From IMG/VR virus record IMGVR_UViG_3300026382_000018, positions 1 through 58,829 of that record: a stretch of DNA of 58,829 bases. One strand, 5' to 3'. The notes beneath the pieces are model-generated. The model was not told where the DNA came from. It saw nothing but the letters and a program-made list of their open reading frames with translations, and searched no databases. Below, one piece after another: positions 26,624 through 35,499 of this stretch. The position numbers and the translations under genes were made by a program. Positions within the stretch are counted from its first letter, which is position 1. Every line of letters begins with the position of its first letter. Source of the DNA: a virus (taxonomy: Duplodnaviria; Caudoviricetes).

Positions 26624-27217
26624 ATGCTTAAGTTTAAATCAGAAGAAGATAAAGTGCAGTTTCTTATAGAAGCTAATAGACCTGAACTTATTCATCAAAA
26701 TCTTACTGATGAGCAAATTTTAGAGCTGTGGCAAGGTATTATAAAACGACGTTCTTTACTTAAGAAGCGACTTAAAGATAAAAAACGTTCTCAAATTCAA
26801 AAACAAAATTGGAAAAAGTATCGTGCTAAATATTTGCTAGCTATACGAAATTGGCATCGTTCAATTGATGGTAAGAGATTTCACAGAAATTTAGGAAGGT
26901 TTCTTGCAACTCGTTTATTAAGAAGCGAATCTTCTATTTTATCTCCAGTTGAGCGTTATGAGTTTTTGAAGCTTCTTTCTAGTTTGAAAACCCATTGGTA
27001 TATAGAAGGAGTTTATTACAAATCGTTAACTGAAGAAATTGAATATGAACTTTTTGTTGAAGAAGTAATACCATTAATTGAGGATATTGAAAAGAAAGTG
27101 TTAACTCAAGGTAAACTTGATAAGGAAGATTATGAATTTTTACTTGATATTTTGACAGGTTGTCAATACGAAACGATTGATGAGGCTATTAATCAATTTT
27201 ATGTTAAGGAGAGTTAG
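26624..27217 (+). CDS. basic head-region protein (prohead core-like, positional)
   Basis: Arg/Lys-rich central helix; immediately upstream of the protease. Confidence 0.5.
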   Translation: MLKFKSEEDKVQFLIEANRPELIHQNLTDEQILELWQGIIKRRSLLKKRLKDKKRSQIQKQNWKKYRAKYLLAIRNWHRSIDGKRFHRNLGRFLATRLLRSESSILSPVERYEFLKLLSSLKTHWYIEGVYYKSLTEEIEYELFVEEVIPLIEDIEKKVLTQGKLDKEDYEFLLDILTGCQYETIDEAINQFYVKES

Positions 27218-27219
27218 CA

Positions 27220-28578
27220 ATGGCAAAAGAGTTTATTAGAGATTTGATAGAACCTGAAATTAGTTTTGTTGTTGAGGAAGCCTCAAAAGAAGTTGATGGA
27301 GAACATATTTTAGCAAAAGTTAAAGGTCAATTTTTTGTTCCTGATGGATATTCTAGAAATAATAGATTTTATCCTCGAAAGTTATGGGAGAGGGTAATCA
27401 GTAGTCCTGAAATTCAAAAGAAACTTAGAGAACGTCGTATGTTTGGGACTATTGGTCACGATACTCCTATTAATGACGAAACGATAGCTGAAGGTAAGAT
27501 TTCTCATATTGTAACTAATCTTTATATTGATGAGCAAGGTAGAGGTATAGGAGAAGCTCTTATTCTCAATACCCCTGCTGGTAGAGTTCTCAATACTTTG
27601 CTTAGAGCTGGAGCTAAACTTTATGTATCATCTCGTGCTTTTGGAGAATATGAAGGTAAAGACCCTACAGGTCGTGTTCCAGCTCTAAAACCTGAAACTT
27701 ATGAGCTTATCACTTTTGATTTTGTATATGAACCAGGATTTCTTCAAGCTAATCCTCAACTTGTCGAGTCTATTAGAGAAGATCTTCAGAAGTGTTTAGG
27801 TGAATTTTGTGATTTGAATTCAAATCAAAAGATAAAGAAGGAGGATTTAAGTATGGCTTTGGATAAAGTAGTAGAACAGCTTTCTACAGAAAAAGCTAAA
27901 TTAGAACAAGAGCTCAGTAAAACTTTAGAAGAACTTGAAGCTACTAAAACCAAACTTAAAGCACTAGAAGATTTGCAAAAGAAAAATGAAGAACTTTCAA
28001 AAGAACTTGAAAGTTTAAAACAAACTTTAGCAAAGTATGAAAAACTTGGAAAACCTGAGGAGATTGAAGCACTCATTGCTAAATCCACTGAATTACTCAA
28101 AAAGTATGAGAAACTTGGAAAACCTGAAGAGCTCGAAGACACAATCAAAAACGCTAAACAGATTTTATTAAAGTATGAAAAACTAGGGTCTCCAGAAGAA
28201 CTTGAAAAAGCTCTTCGTAATGCAAGAAAAGAACTTAACAAAGTAGCAGACTTTATAGATAAAGTAGGAACTTTTGAAGAAGTAGAAGAAGTTTTAATTG
28301 ACTTTATGAATGTTCTTGATAATATGATTAAAGAAAAAAGACAAAAGCAAGTAGAAGAATTATCTCAAAAATATAATCAACCAAAAGATGTAGTTGAAAA
28401 ACTTTTATCTTCTATGTCAGTTAAAGATGTTGAAGAAGTTCTTTCTAAGATGACAGAATCTCAAAAAGTTCTTTCTAAGTATAAAGCTTCTACTAATGAA
28501 GCTAGGTCTACTTCAGGAAAACCTTCTTTTATATTTGAATCTAGAACAGCAAGAATAGCTAAATCTCTTTTCAAATAA
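27220..28578 (+). CDS. prohead protease (T4 gp21-like) fused to coiled-coil scaffold
   Basis: SRNNRFYP, GTIGH, ISH, ILNTPAG, VSSRAFG, TFDFVYEPGF..A.P; C-half is coiled coil. Confidence 0.9.
   Translation: MAKEFIRDLIEPEISFVVEEASKEVDGEHILAKVKGQFFVPDGYSRNNRFYPRKLWERVISSPEIQKKLRERRMFGTIGHDTPINDETIAEGKISHIVTNLYIDEQGRGIGEALILNTPAGRVLNTLLRAGAKLYVSSRAFGEYEGKDPTGRVPALKPETYELITFDFVYEPGFLQANPQLVESIREDLQKCLGEFCDLNSNQKIKKEDLSMALDKVVEQLSTEKAKLEQELSKTLEELEATKTKLKALEDLQKKNEELSKELESLKQTLAKYEKLGKPEEIEALIAKSTELLKKYEKLGKPEELEDTIKNAKQILLKYEKLGSPEELEKALRNARKELNKVADFIDKVGTFEEVEEVLIDFMNVLDNMIKEKRQKQVEELSQKYNQPKDVVEKLLSSMSVKDVEEVLSKMTESQKVLSKYKASTNEARSTSGKPSFIFESRTARIAKSLFK
27853..28578 (+). CDS. nested in-frame scaffold protein (internal start)
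   Basis: AAGGAGGATTTAAGT-ATG at codon 212, exactly at the protease/coiled-coil boundary. Confidence 0.65.
   Translation: MALDKVVEQLSTEKAKLEQELSKTLEELEATKTKLKALEDLQKKNEELSKELESLKQTLAKYEKLGKPEEIEALIAKSTELLKKYEKLGKPEELEDTIKNAKQILLKYEKLGSPEELEKALRNARKELNKVADFIDKVGTFEEVEEVLIDFMNVLDNMIKEKRQKQVEELSQKYNQPKDVVEKLLSSMSVKDVEEVLSKMTESQKVLSKYKASTNEARSTSGKPSFIFESRTARIAKSLFK
28033..28200 (+). repeat. three 69-nt (23-aa) coding repeats KYEKLG[KS]PEE in the scaffold
   Basis: AAGTATGARAAACTWGG at 28033, 28102, 28171. Confidence 0.9.
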
Positions 28579-28606
28579 AAACTAACCTGCACTATCAGGT
28601 TAGTTT
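28579..28606 (+). promoter_or_regulatory. 11-bp stem-loop upstream of the capsid gene (processing/stabiliser)
   Basis: AAACTAACCTG-cactat-CAGGTTAGTTT with no downstream U tract. Confidence 0.55.
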
Positions 28607-28658
28607 AGCTCAATCCAACTGTAAATTTAATTTAACAAACAAAAGGAGGATTTAGGAA

Positions 28659-30041
28659 ATGGCAGAATTAAAATTAGAACAAAAGTTAAGAGAAATGGAA
28701 TATAAAGCTGAAGATTACTTAAAGAAATATCCAGAGCAAATTCATACTTTAGAGAGTTACACAATTTTAGGAAAAACTAGAGGAGTTCAAGCTTGGGATG
28801 TAGTTCAACTTGGTAAGCAACTTGAAAAATGGGAAATGCTTGAAGCAATGGTAAAAGAAGAAGGTGGACTTTCTGCACTTGGTGCTCTTCCAAAAGTTGC
28901 ATTTGATGTTATCACAGTTGCATATGGTAACTCTGTAATTCCATTCATTGCTTCAGTTCAAAACATTGAAGAAGAAAGAGGAAATGTATACTTTAAAGTG
29001 ATTAAGAGAAACGACACTGGTTCTACAATTATTGACCCAAGAACCGGAATGGTAATGCCATCTGGACTTGCTACTAACTTAGTTCAAGATTTGAAAGTAG
29101 CAGAAGGAGATGGAACAACAACTAATTTCAGCATTTCTCTTTCAAATGTTCCTGTAAGACCTGAGACATTTGAAGTTAAAGCAAAAGATGTTTATGGTAA
29201 AGATGATGGAAAAGGAAATATCTTAGGAATCGGAGTGTGGGGAACAATCGATTATAATTCTGGTGCTGTAAATCTCACATTTGCTACTGCTCCAGCATCT
29301 GGAGTTGATATAACTGTAAGCTATCAAGTTGATGTTGAAGCTAAAGATGATTTACCTTCTATAGGTTCTGTATTTGAAGCAGTTCCAATCACTGCTCATA
29401 TTTATGCTCTTAAAGGAGTTGTTGGGTTATTACAAGCATATGCTCTCAGACAAAGATTTGGAATTGTAGCTGAAGATGAACTTGCAAAAGACTTAGTAGT
29501 AGCAATTAATAACGAAATTGGAGGAGATTTAATAAGAAAATATAATGCAAAAGCTAAATCTTCTGTAACATGGAACAAAACTCCTCCTTCTGGAGTGTCT
29601 TACTTTGAACATAAACAAACAGTTAAAGACGCAATAGCTGATTTAGAAGGACAAATGGTTCAAAAAGCAGGAAGAGGAGTAATTAATGTTCTTATCGCTG
29701 GTTCTTCAGTTGCTGCAATTTTATCTACATTACCTGGATTTGAAAAGATAGCTGATGGAAAATCAATGGGAGCTCATGTATTTGGAACACTAGATGGAGT
29801 AACCATTATTAGAGTAAATGATACTTCTACTTTAGCTCCAAATGTAGCTATTGGAATTTATAATCCAGAAAATAACCCATTTGAAGGAGCTGGAGTATAT
29901 GCACCATATATGCCATTAACTACTACTGAGCTTATTCCATTAGGACCAAACCCACTTACAAACCAAAGAGCAGTTGCAGTGTGGGCTGGAGTAGAAGTTC
30001 TTGTTCCAGAGCTTGTAGCTAAACTTGAAGTAAATGCATAA
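28659..30041 (+). CDS. major capsid protein (T4 gp23-like) with inserted beta domain
   Basis: DVITVAYGNSVIPFIASVQ...GNVYF, ELAKDL...INNEI, GRGVINVLIAG...L..LPGF, GVYAPYMPL; follows protease. Confidence 0.9.
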   Translation: MAELKLEQKLREMEYKAEDYLKKYPEQIHTLESYTILGKTRGVQAWDVVQLGKQLEKWEMLEAMVKEEGGLSALGALPKVAFDVITVAYGNSVIPFIASVQNIEEERGNVYFKVIKRNDTGSTIIDPRTGMVMPSGLATNLVQDLKVAEGDGTTTNFSISLSNVPVRPETFEVKAKDVYGKDDGKGNILGIGVWGTIDYNSGAVNLTFATAPASGVDITVSYQVDVEAKDDLPSIGSVFEAVPITAHIYALKGVVGLLQAYALRQRFGIVAEDELAKDLVVAINNEIGGDLIRKYNAKAKSSVTWNKTPPSGVSYFEHKQTVKDAIADLEGQMVQKAGRGVINVLIAGSSVAAILSTLPGFEKIADGKSMGAHVFGTLDGVTIIRVNDTSTLAPNVAIGIYNPENNPFEGAGVYAPYMPLTTTELIPLGPNPLTNQRAVAVWAGVEVLVPELVAKLEVNA

Positions 30042-30048
30042 GCTTTAA

Positions 30049-30084
30049 AAGGGAGAGGAAATCCCTCTCCCTTAATTTTATTTT
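30049..30084 (+). terminator. intrinsic terminator after the capsid gene
   Basis: AAGGGAGAGG-aaatc-CCTCTCCCTT followed by AATTTTATTTT. Confidence 0.8.
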
Positions 30085-30103
30085 AGCTTAAAGGAGGAAA
30101 TAG

Positions 30104-30520
30104 ATGAGATTGATAGACCAGATAAAACTCAAATTAGAACAGTTAGATGCTGAGATACCTAAGAAAGTTTGTGTATGTCCTAACTGTGGTTTTGAACAAG
30201 AAACACCAATGGGCGTTCCTTGTCGTTCCGTAATTTGTCCTAAATGTGGAAGTCAAATGGTAAGAAAAGAAGATAATAACCCAAATAATCAAAATCCAGA
30301 AGATACAACTCAAGAAGCTCTTACAAAAGCAATTTTGAGATTTAAAGGTTTTGAAGCTCCAATTTTTGAAATCGAAGTAAATGGAGAGGTTATATTCACT
30401 GGACTTGAACCTGAAGCTTTAACATTTTTACAAAATTTAAATTCCAATCCTTCAGCTGATAAAGCTATCGAATGTGCTAAAGAGAAAGGAGAATGTGAGA
30501 TAGAAATAAACTTAGAATGA
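30104..30520 (+). CDS. putative internal head protein with Cys-rich metal-binding domain
   Basis: Leader MRLIDQIKLKLEQL; CVCPNCG...GVPC...CPKCG. Confidence 0.65.
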   Translation: MRLIDQIKLKLEQLDAEIPKKVCVCPNCGFEQETPMGVPCRSVICPKCGSQMVRKEDNNPNNQNPEDTTQEALTKAILRFKGFEAPIFEIEVNGEVIFTGLEPEALTFLQNLNSNPSADKAIECAKEKGECEIEINLE

Positions 30521-30543
30521 GATAGAAATAAAGGAGGTAAATA

Positions 30544-30876
30544 ATGGCGTTAGTTCACGAACTTAAGATGCTTTTAGAAAGATGCAAACAAAGTTCTAAA
30601 GAAGAAGCACTTACAAGAGACTTATATGATAAGATTGGGCTTATTTTGAGAGAAGCTACATATATTGATTTTGATCCTCTCGATGAGGAAAAAGGAACTT
30701 ATATGGTGTCTATCAATATAGCTGGAAAGGAAATTATGCAGATAAATACCAAGTTAGATGAAAATGGAAATGTAGTGTTTGATAACTATGAGGTAGATGA
30801 AGGCGGAATAAGAGCTTTAATTGAATTTATTGAAAATAAAGCTCATGAGCTTCAAAATCAAAACCAGGAAGGATAG
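30544..30876 (+). CDS. putative internal head protein
   Basis: Leader MALVHELKMLLER; AAGGAGG RBS. Confidence 0.6.
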   Translation: MALVHELKMLLERCKQSSKEEALTRDLYDKIGLILREATYIDFDPLDEEKGTYMVSINIAGKEIMQINTKLDENGNVVFDNYEVDEGGIRALIEFIENKAHELQNQNQEG

Positions 30877-30881
30877 TAGCC

Positions 30882-31400
30882 ATGAGATTGGTGGATAAAG
30901 TAAAAACCCTTCTCCAGAAACTTGAAGAGGAAAATTGGATAGATAAAGTTAAAACTAAATGGCATCCTCCAGAAGGACTTTTCACTAAAGACCCAGAAAC
31001 GATAGCTAAAACCATTGCAAAAGCATCTAAAGACCTCAAGCAAGCAGTTGCAAGAGTGAATTTCTTTTACAATAGATATGGATGTTCAGGAGAAAGGAGA
31101 AACGATCCGATTTGTAAGAAACGTGAAAAGGTATTAAAACTTCTTCATAAGTATTTCAAAAAGGAAAGTGAAGAAGATCTTCGAAACAAAGTTATCATTT
31201 CTTATGATGGAAAATCTTATGACATAACCTTTTATTCAGGACACGTTATTTCTTTTAAGGACAGAAAAGCTTTTCTTCAGTTTCTTGAAGAAAATGATGT
31301 TGTAAGTGAAGATGGGAAAAAAGGAGAAGATTTGGTTAGAGAAGTTGAAAGAAATGGTTATGTTGGTGCAATAATAAACAATGTATCACAAATTTTTTAA
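30882..31400 (+). CDS. putative internal head protein with DUF3175-like domain
   Basis: Leader MRLVDKVKTLLQKL; WHPPEGLFT...IA...AVARVNFFYNRYG resembles DUF3175. Confidence 0.6.
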   Translation: MRLVDKVKTLLQKLEEENWIDKVKTKWHPPEGLFTKDPETIAKTIAKASKDLKQAVARVNFFYNRYGCSGERRNDPICKKREKVLKLLHKYFKKESEEDLRNKVIISYDGKSYDITFYSGHVISFKDRKAFLQFLEENDVVSEDGKKGEDLVREVERNGYVGAIINNVSQIF

Positions 31401-31403
31401 TTA

Positions 31404-31421
31404 GTAATACTATAGTATTAC
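31404..31421. repeat. perfect 18-bp palindrome
   Basis: GTAATACTATAGTATTAC equals its own reverse complement. Confidence 0.9.
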
Positions 31422-31433
31422 ACAAACAACATT

Positions 31434-31497
31434 AACCCCTGCATATTTTGAATTGAGTATTATCAAATATTACTAAAACGCAATTTTGTAATACTAA
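31434..31497. repeat. 64-bp dispersed element, copy 2
   Basis: 55/64 ungapped identity to 11953-12016. Confidence 0.85.
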
Positions 31498-31509
31498 AAG
31501 GAATTTACG

Positions 31510-31710
31510 ATGGATAAAAAGACAATTATTAATGCAATTTTAAGAATTTCAACTTATGAACCTGATCTCTACATAATAGAAGCTAATCAGCTTTTGAATT
31601 TAGCTCTTTTGATACTTGAGGAGGACCCAACAACTGCTTCTATTCTTTTTGGTAGAGCTGAAAAACTTCTTTTAAAACGAAATCAAAACAAGAAGGAAAA
31701 TGACAAATGA
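31510..31710 (+). CDS. hypothetical protein
   Basis: AAAGGA RBS; overlaps next gene via ATGA. Confidence 0.6.
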   Translation: MDKKTIINAILRISTYEPDLYIIEANQLLNLALLILEEDPTTASILFGRAEKLLLKRNQNKKENDK

Positions 31711-32114
31711 TTTTTGAGAATATTCTTAGAAGTATAAACAATGGAGTTCATAAAGTATTTTTAAATCTTGTTAATTTTTATGGAACGACAGCTGAACTTT
31801 ATCGTCCTAATTCCTCTGAAGTAGAAGGGTTTTTTGCAAAGTCATTTAAAACATCATCAACAGGAGAAACTTTTACAAAAGTAGCTGATATCAACATAAT
31901 TCCATTGATTTATTCAGACCAAGCTATATCTGATATATCAGCTGATTATTATGAGATGGAGAGAGTAGTTTATACGGATTACTCTGATGTTCATGTTGGC
32001 GATAGATTAATTTTTTCAATGTATGGAAAAACTTACGATATGAGAGTTAGTGATACAGAGCAACTAATTCCACTTGATACTTGTTCTATTTTTAAGATTA
32101 CTTTGAAGGGTTAA
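31707..32114 (+). CDS. probable head-closure / neck protein
   Basis: Beta-rich, VHVGDRL motif, position before the tail genes. Confidence 0.5.
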   Translation: MIFENILRSINNGVHKVFLNLVNFYGTTAELYRPNSSEVEGFFAKSFKTSSTGETFTKVADINIIPLIYSDQAISDISADYYEMERVVYTDYSDVHVGDRLIFSMYGKTYDMRVSDTEQLIPLDTCSIFKITLKG

Positions 32115-32118
32115 GATA

Positions 32119-32676
32119 ATGCTTTCAGTCATAGTTTATGAAGCCTTAAAATTTTTCAAAGATAAAGTTTCAAGTTTTATTCCACCAATTTCAGATAAGC
32201 TTGGAGAGGTATTTGTAATTGATGATGAAGATTTAAGCAGAATGAAAGCTTGTGTTGCAAATTTAGATGCAACGAAAGAGTTTTTCATAGCAACTTACAA
32301 TTTACAAGTAAACGATTTTCCTCTCAAAACTACAAATATTAGAGTAGCAGATATAGCTAAGAAAATAGGGAAAATTTACAGAGTTTCTCCAGTGAACATT
32401 CAAATTCAAGGTAATATTATTACAAATGATATCGTTTCAGCTTTAGATTTGCTTAATCATCTTTTTCTTTACAAAGATACTTTATACGAAACGACTGTAG
32501 TGGTAAATGATGTTGAAATTCCAATTCATCTCTTTATTCGTCCTGAAAGTTTTTCATTAACAGCTTTTTCAAGTTTAATTAGACTTCCATATCTTTTAGA
32601 TGTTTATTCTCTTGTATTTGAAAAGATAGGTGAAGGAAAACTTATTGAGAAAATTGATTTTAAACTTGAGTTATAG
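32119..32676 (+). CDS. probable tail terminator / completion protein
   Basis: Position upstream of the sheath gene; size. Confidence 0.45.
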   Translation: MLSVIVYEALKFFKDKVSSFIPPISDKLGEVFVIDDEDLSRMKACVANLDATKEFFIATYNLQVNDFPLKTTNIRVADIAKKIGKIYRVSPVNIQIQGNIITNDIVSALDLLNHLFLYKDTLYETTVVVNDVEIPIHLFIRPESFSLTAFSSLIRLPYLLDVYSLVFEKIGEGKLIEKIDFKLEL

Positions 32677-32690
32677 GAGGTTATGTCAGA

Positions 32691-33095
32691 ATGACATTGC
32701 TAGGTGAATTGAAATTTCTTGTGGAGAAACTTGCTAGTGAGGACTATGGTGTATCAACTAAAATAAGAAGAGCCATAGTTGGTGCGTTTATGAATATACT
32801 TGCAAAACAAGATGTATTTAGACCACCAAAACCAAAATTAACATTAACTCTTAAAAGCTCAGGAGCTAAAGTGGATATTGAAACTGATTTTGAAAAATAC
32901 ATTAAACTCATTGTAGACAAAACAAGTGCTAAAAATCCTGATAAGCTTGAAGCAGAGTTAAATAGACTCGAGTCTGAAGCAGGATTTGATATTTCAGATA
33001 TCGAAGAAGGAAAGTTTTATTTAGAACTTCCAGAACTCAGTAAACTTCCTATTGTTTTATCTGATTTAGCTGAATTTTTACTCAATTTAGTTTAG
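32691..33095 (+). CDS. putative internal head protein
   Basis: Leader MTLLGELKFLVEKL; AGGAGG RBS. Confidence 0.55.
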   Translation: MTLLGELKFLVEKLASEDYGVSTKIRRAIVGAFMNILAKQDVFRPPKPKLTLTLKSSGAKVDIETDFEKYIKLIVDKTSAKNPDKLEAELNRLESEAGFDISDIEEGKFYLELPELSKLPIVLSDLAEFLLNLV

Positions 33096-33105
33096 GAGGA
33101 AATAA

Positions 33106-33279
33106 ATGAAACTATATAACGGACTTAATCACCCAGTAAGAATACCTTATGGAGATGATGTAATAGTTATTCCACCTCAATCTGTGGTAAAGGTGGAGAA
33201 GCCTCAACTTTTAGGGGCATTACCAAGAGGGGTGATGAAGTTAGAAGTCAAGAAATCAAATAAGAAGAAATCTGAATAA
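33106..33279 (+). CDS. 57-aa protein upstream of the sheath
   Basis: Not in ORF track. AGGAGG-aaataa-ATG; MKLYNGLNHPVRIPYGDDVIVIPPQSVVKVEKPQLLGALPRGV... Confidence 0.75.
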   Translation: MKLYNGLNHPVRIPYGDDVIVIPPQSVVKVEKPQLLGALPRGVMKLEVKKSNKKKSE

Positions 33280-33307
33280 GTTTTACTTTTAATGGAGGTC
33301 ATGTCAG

Positions 33308-34915
33308 ATGTCATTAGGCGGATTACCACATGTAGAGATAAGAGAGATAGATTTATCTATTCAACCTAAATTAACTCAGCAATTTATTGAGGCTGGAGTA
33401 ATCGTAGCTCCAAGAGGTTCACTCAAACCTAGGTTTATTCCAGACTCAGCTACTCTAAGGTCAGTTTATTTCCCAGTAGATAAAAGATACAAAAGAGGAC
33501 TTGATACTTCTCTACTTGAAGCTGAAGTAGCACTTGAAGCATCAGCATTATGGTTAGTGAGAGCAGCTCACGATGATATCAAATACGCTGGAGCTACCTT
33601 ATTTGATAAGGATAGTACTAACAATAACGCAACTTGGACTACATCGCTTTTAGGTGGATACACTGATACTGGAGATATTTTTGATCCAGATGAAGATAGC
33701 TTCGATTTTTCTAGTGTATCTGACGCTACTGCAGTAATCATAGCTGAATCTCCTGGAGCTTGGGGAAACGATTTAGCTATCAATATAAAGAACTTAGATG
33801 CTACCGGTAAAGTACCTAACGCTGATGTTATTGAAGTATACGTAAAAGGAGAAAAGAAAGAAACTTGGTATGTGTCTACTGATCCTAACGCAAAGTATAA
33901 TAACAAATCTATTTACTTGCCGACAGTACTCAAACAGTCGGCTTATATTAGAGGGTTTGTAAATCCTCTTAAGCAAGGAAAAAGACTCAAGGAAGTAACT
34001 GGACTTAAACTTGGAGCTGGAGACGATGGCTCCGCAGTAACAGTAGGAGATAGAATTAGAGTTTTATCTCAACTTGAAGCTGAAACTTATAAGTATCAAG
34101 TCTTACTAGACTTTGGAGTAGCAGACCCAGCTTACGCTAACAAGCTAACTGAGATAGCTTATCAAAAGAGAAGTTTCGCAGTCTTATCAGTTCCATATGA
34201 AACTGTAGCTTCAGCAAACTATGTAAACGATATCAAAGACTATAGAGAGAGTCACTTAACAATAGGTGGAAACTACGCTAGCTTTGCAGGACTCTATGGT
34301 AACTGGCTCAAAACTTACATAGTAGATATAGATGACGCTTATTATTTATCTCCGTCCGGATATGTAGGTCAGGTGATAGCTAGAACTTGGGCTAACTACA
34401 ATCCTTGGACTCCACCTGCAGGATTTAGATACGGAGTTCTTTTAGCACTTGACGTTCGTAGAAGAATGAAAGAAGCTGAGATGGGACTCTTATATGAAGC
34501 TGGAATCAATCCAATTAGATTTGCTCCAGGCAAAGGAATAGCAGTATTTGGACAAAAGACACTTTATCCATTCTTATCTGCACTTGATAGAGTTAATGTG
34601 AGATTACTCTTAAACTATGTTGAGCTTATAGGAAAAGAGTTCTTAGAAAGCTTCATCTTTGACCTCAATGATAAGACAACTTGGGATTTAGTTTACTCTG
34701 GACTTGAGGCACTCTTTAAAAACCTCAAAGCTAGAGGAGCATTCTATAACTATAAGGTATTTCATCCAGGTGACGCTACGAGTTCGTTTGACATTGATAA
34801 CTACATTATGAGAGTACCAGTTGCAGTTCAACCGGTAAAATCTGCTGAATGGATTGATTTTGTTGTAGCTATTATGAAGACAGGTGGAGATATGTCAGTT
34901 GCAGCTAGTCTCTAA
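33308..34915 (+). CDS. contractile tail sheath protein
   Basis: PHVEIREIDLS, PGAWGN, PSGYV, PWTPPAG, LYEAGINPI, VFGQKT, LDRVNVRLLL, PVKSAEWI. Confidence 0.95.
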   Translation: MSLGGLPHVEIREIDLSIQPKLTQQFIEAGVIVAPRGSLKPRFIPDSATLRSVYFPVDKRYKRGLDTSLLEAEVALEASALWLVRAAHDDIKYAGATLFDKDSTNNNATWTTSLLGGYTDTGDIFDPDEDSFDFSSVSDATAVIIAESPGAWGNDLAINIKNLDATGKVPNADVIEVYVKGEKKETWYVSTDPNAKYNNKSIYLPTVLKQSAYIRGFVNPLKQGKRLKEVTGLKLGAGDDGSAVTVGDRIRVLSQLEAETYKYQVLLDFGVADPAYANKLTEIAYQKRSFAVLSVPYETVASANYVNDIKDYRESHLTIGGNYASFAGLYGNWLKTYIVDIDDAYYLSPSGYVGQVIARTWANYNPWTPPAGFRYGVLLALDVRRRMKEAEMGLLYEAGINPIRFAPGKGIAVFGQKTLYPFLSALDRVNVRLLLNYVELIGKEFLESFIFDLNDKTTWDLVYSGLEALFKNLKARGAFYNYKVFHPGDATSSFDIDNYIMRVPVAVQPVKSAEWIDFVVAIMKTGGDMSVAASL

Positions 34916-34940
34916 TTTCATTTTAGGAGGATAAACCAAG

Positions 34941-35498
34941 ATGGCTTGGACTATGAAAGAAGTAAAAGCAAGATTGCCTCACCTATACTTGCCAAATAAA
35001 TGGCAATTTAAGATAGTAAAACCACCTCAAGCTAAGAATATTGGACTTCCTAACATAGACTGGAATGATTACGACTTGTTATGTTATACTCACGGAGTAC
35101 CTCAACCTCAAGCTCAAGTAGGAGATATTCAAGTACATGGATTTAAGATTAAGCAAACTCAAGGAGTTGATTACTCTATCTCAGGACTTTCTATCACGTT
35201 CTACCAAGGAGTTGACTTCAAGATAGAAGAGTTCTTCTGGGCTCTACTTAATGCATCTGAACATAATGAGAATGGAACTCAGACAAATAGAGAAGATTTG
35301 AAGTTTGATTTTGACCTAATTTCACTTAATCCTACTGATAATATGACTCCAGTTAGAACTATCAGAATTATTGGAGCTTTAGTGGAGAGTATCCAAACTC
35401 CTGATTTAACAGGAGACCAGCAAGCTGAATTTGCTCAACTTACAGTTACTATCTCAGCTGACTACCACAAGAGAGGTTATCCAGCTATAGAGGAGTAA
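34941..35498 (+). CDS. tail tube protein (gp19-like)
   Basis: Follows sheath; NKW.F...ITFY...TVTISADY pattern. Confidence 0.8.
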   Translation: MAWTMKEVKARLPHLYLPNKWQFKIVKPPQAKNIGLPNIDWNDYDLLCYTHGVPQPQAQVGDIQVHGFKIKQTQGVDYSISGLSITFYQGVDFKIEEFFWALLNASEHNENGTQTNREDLKFDFDLISLNPTDNMTPVRTIRIIGALVESIQTPDLTGDQQAEFAQLTVTISADYHKRGYPAIEE

Positions 35499-35499
35499 G

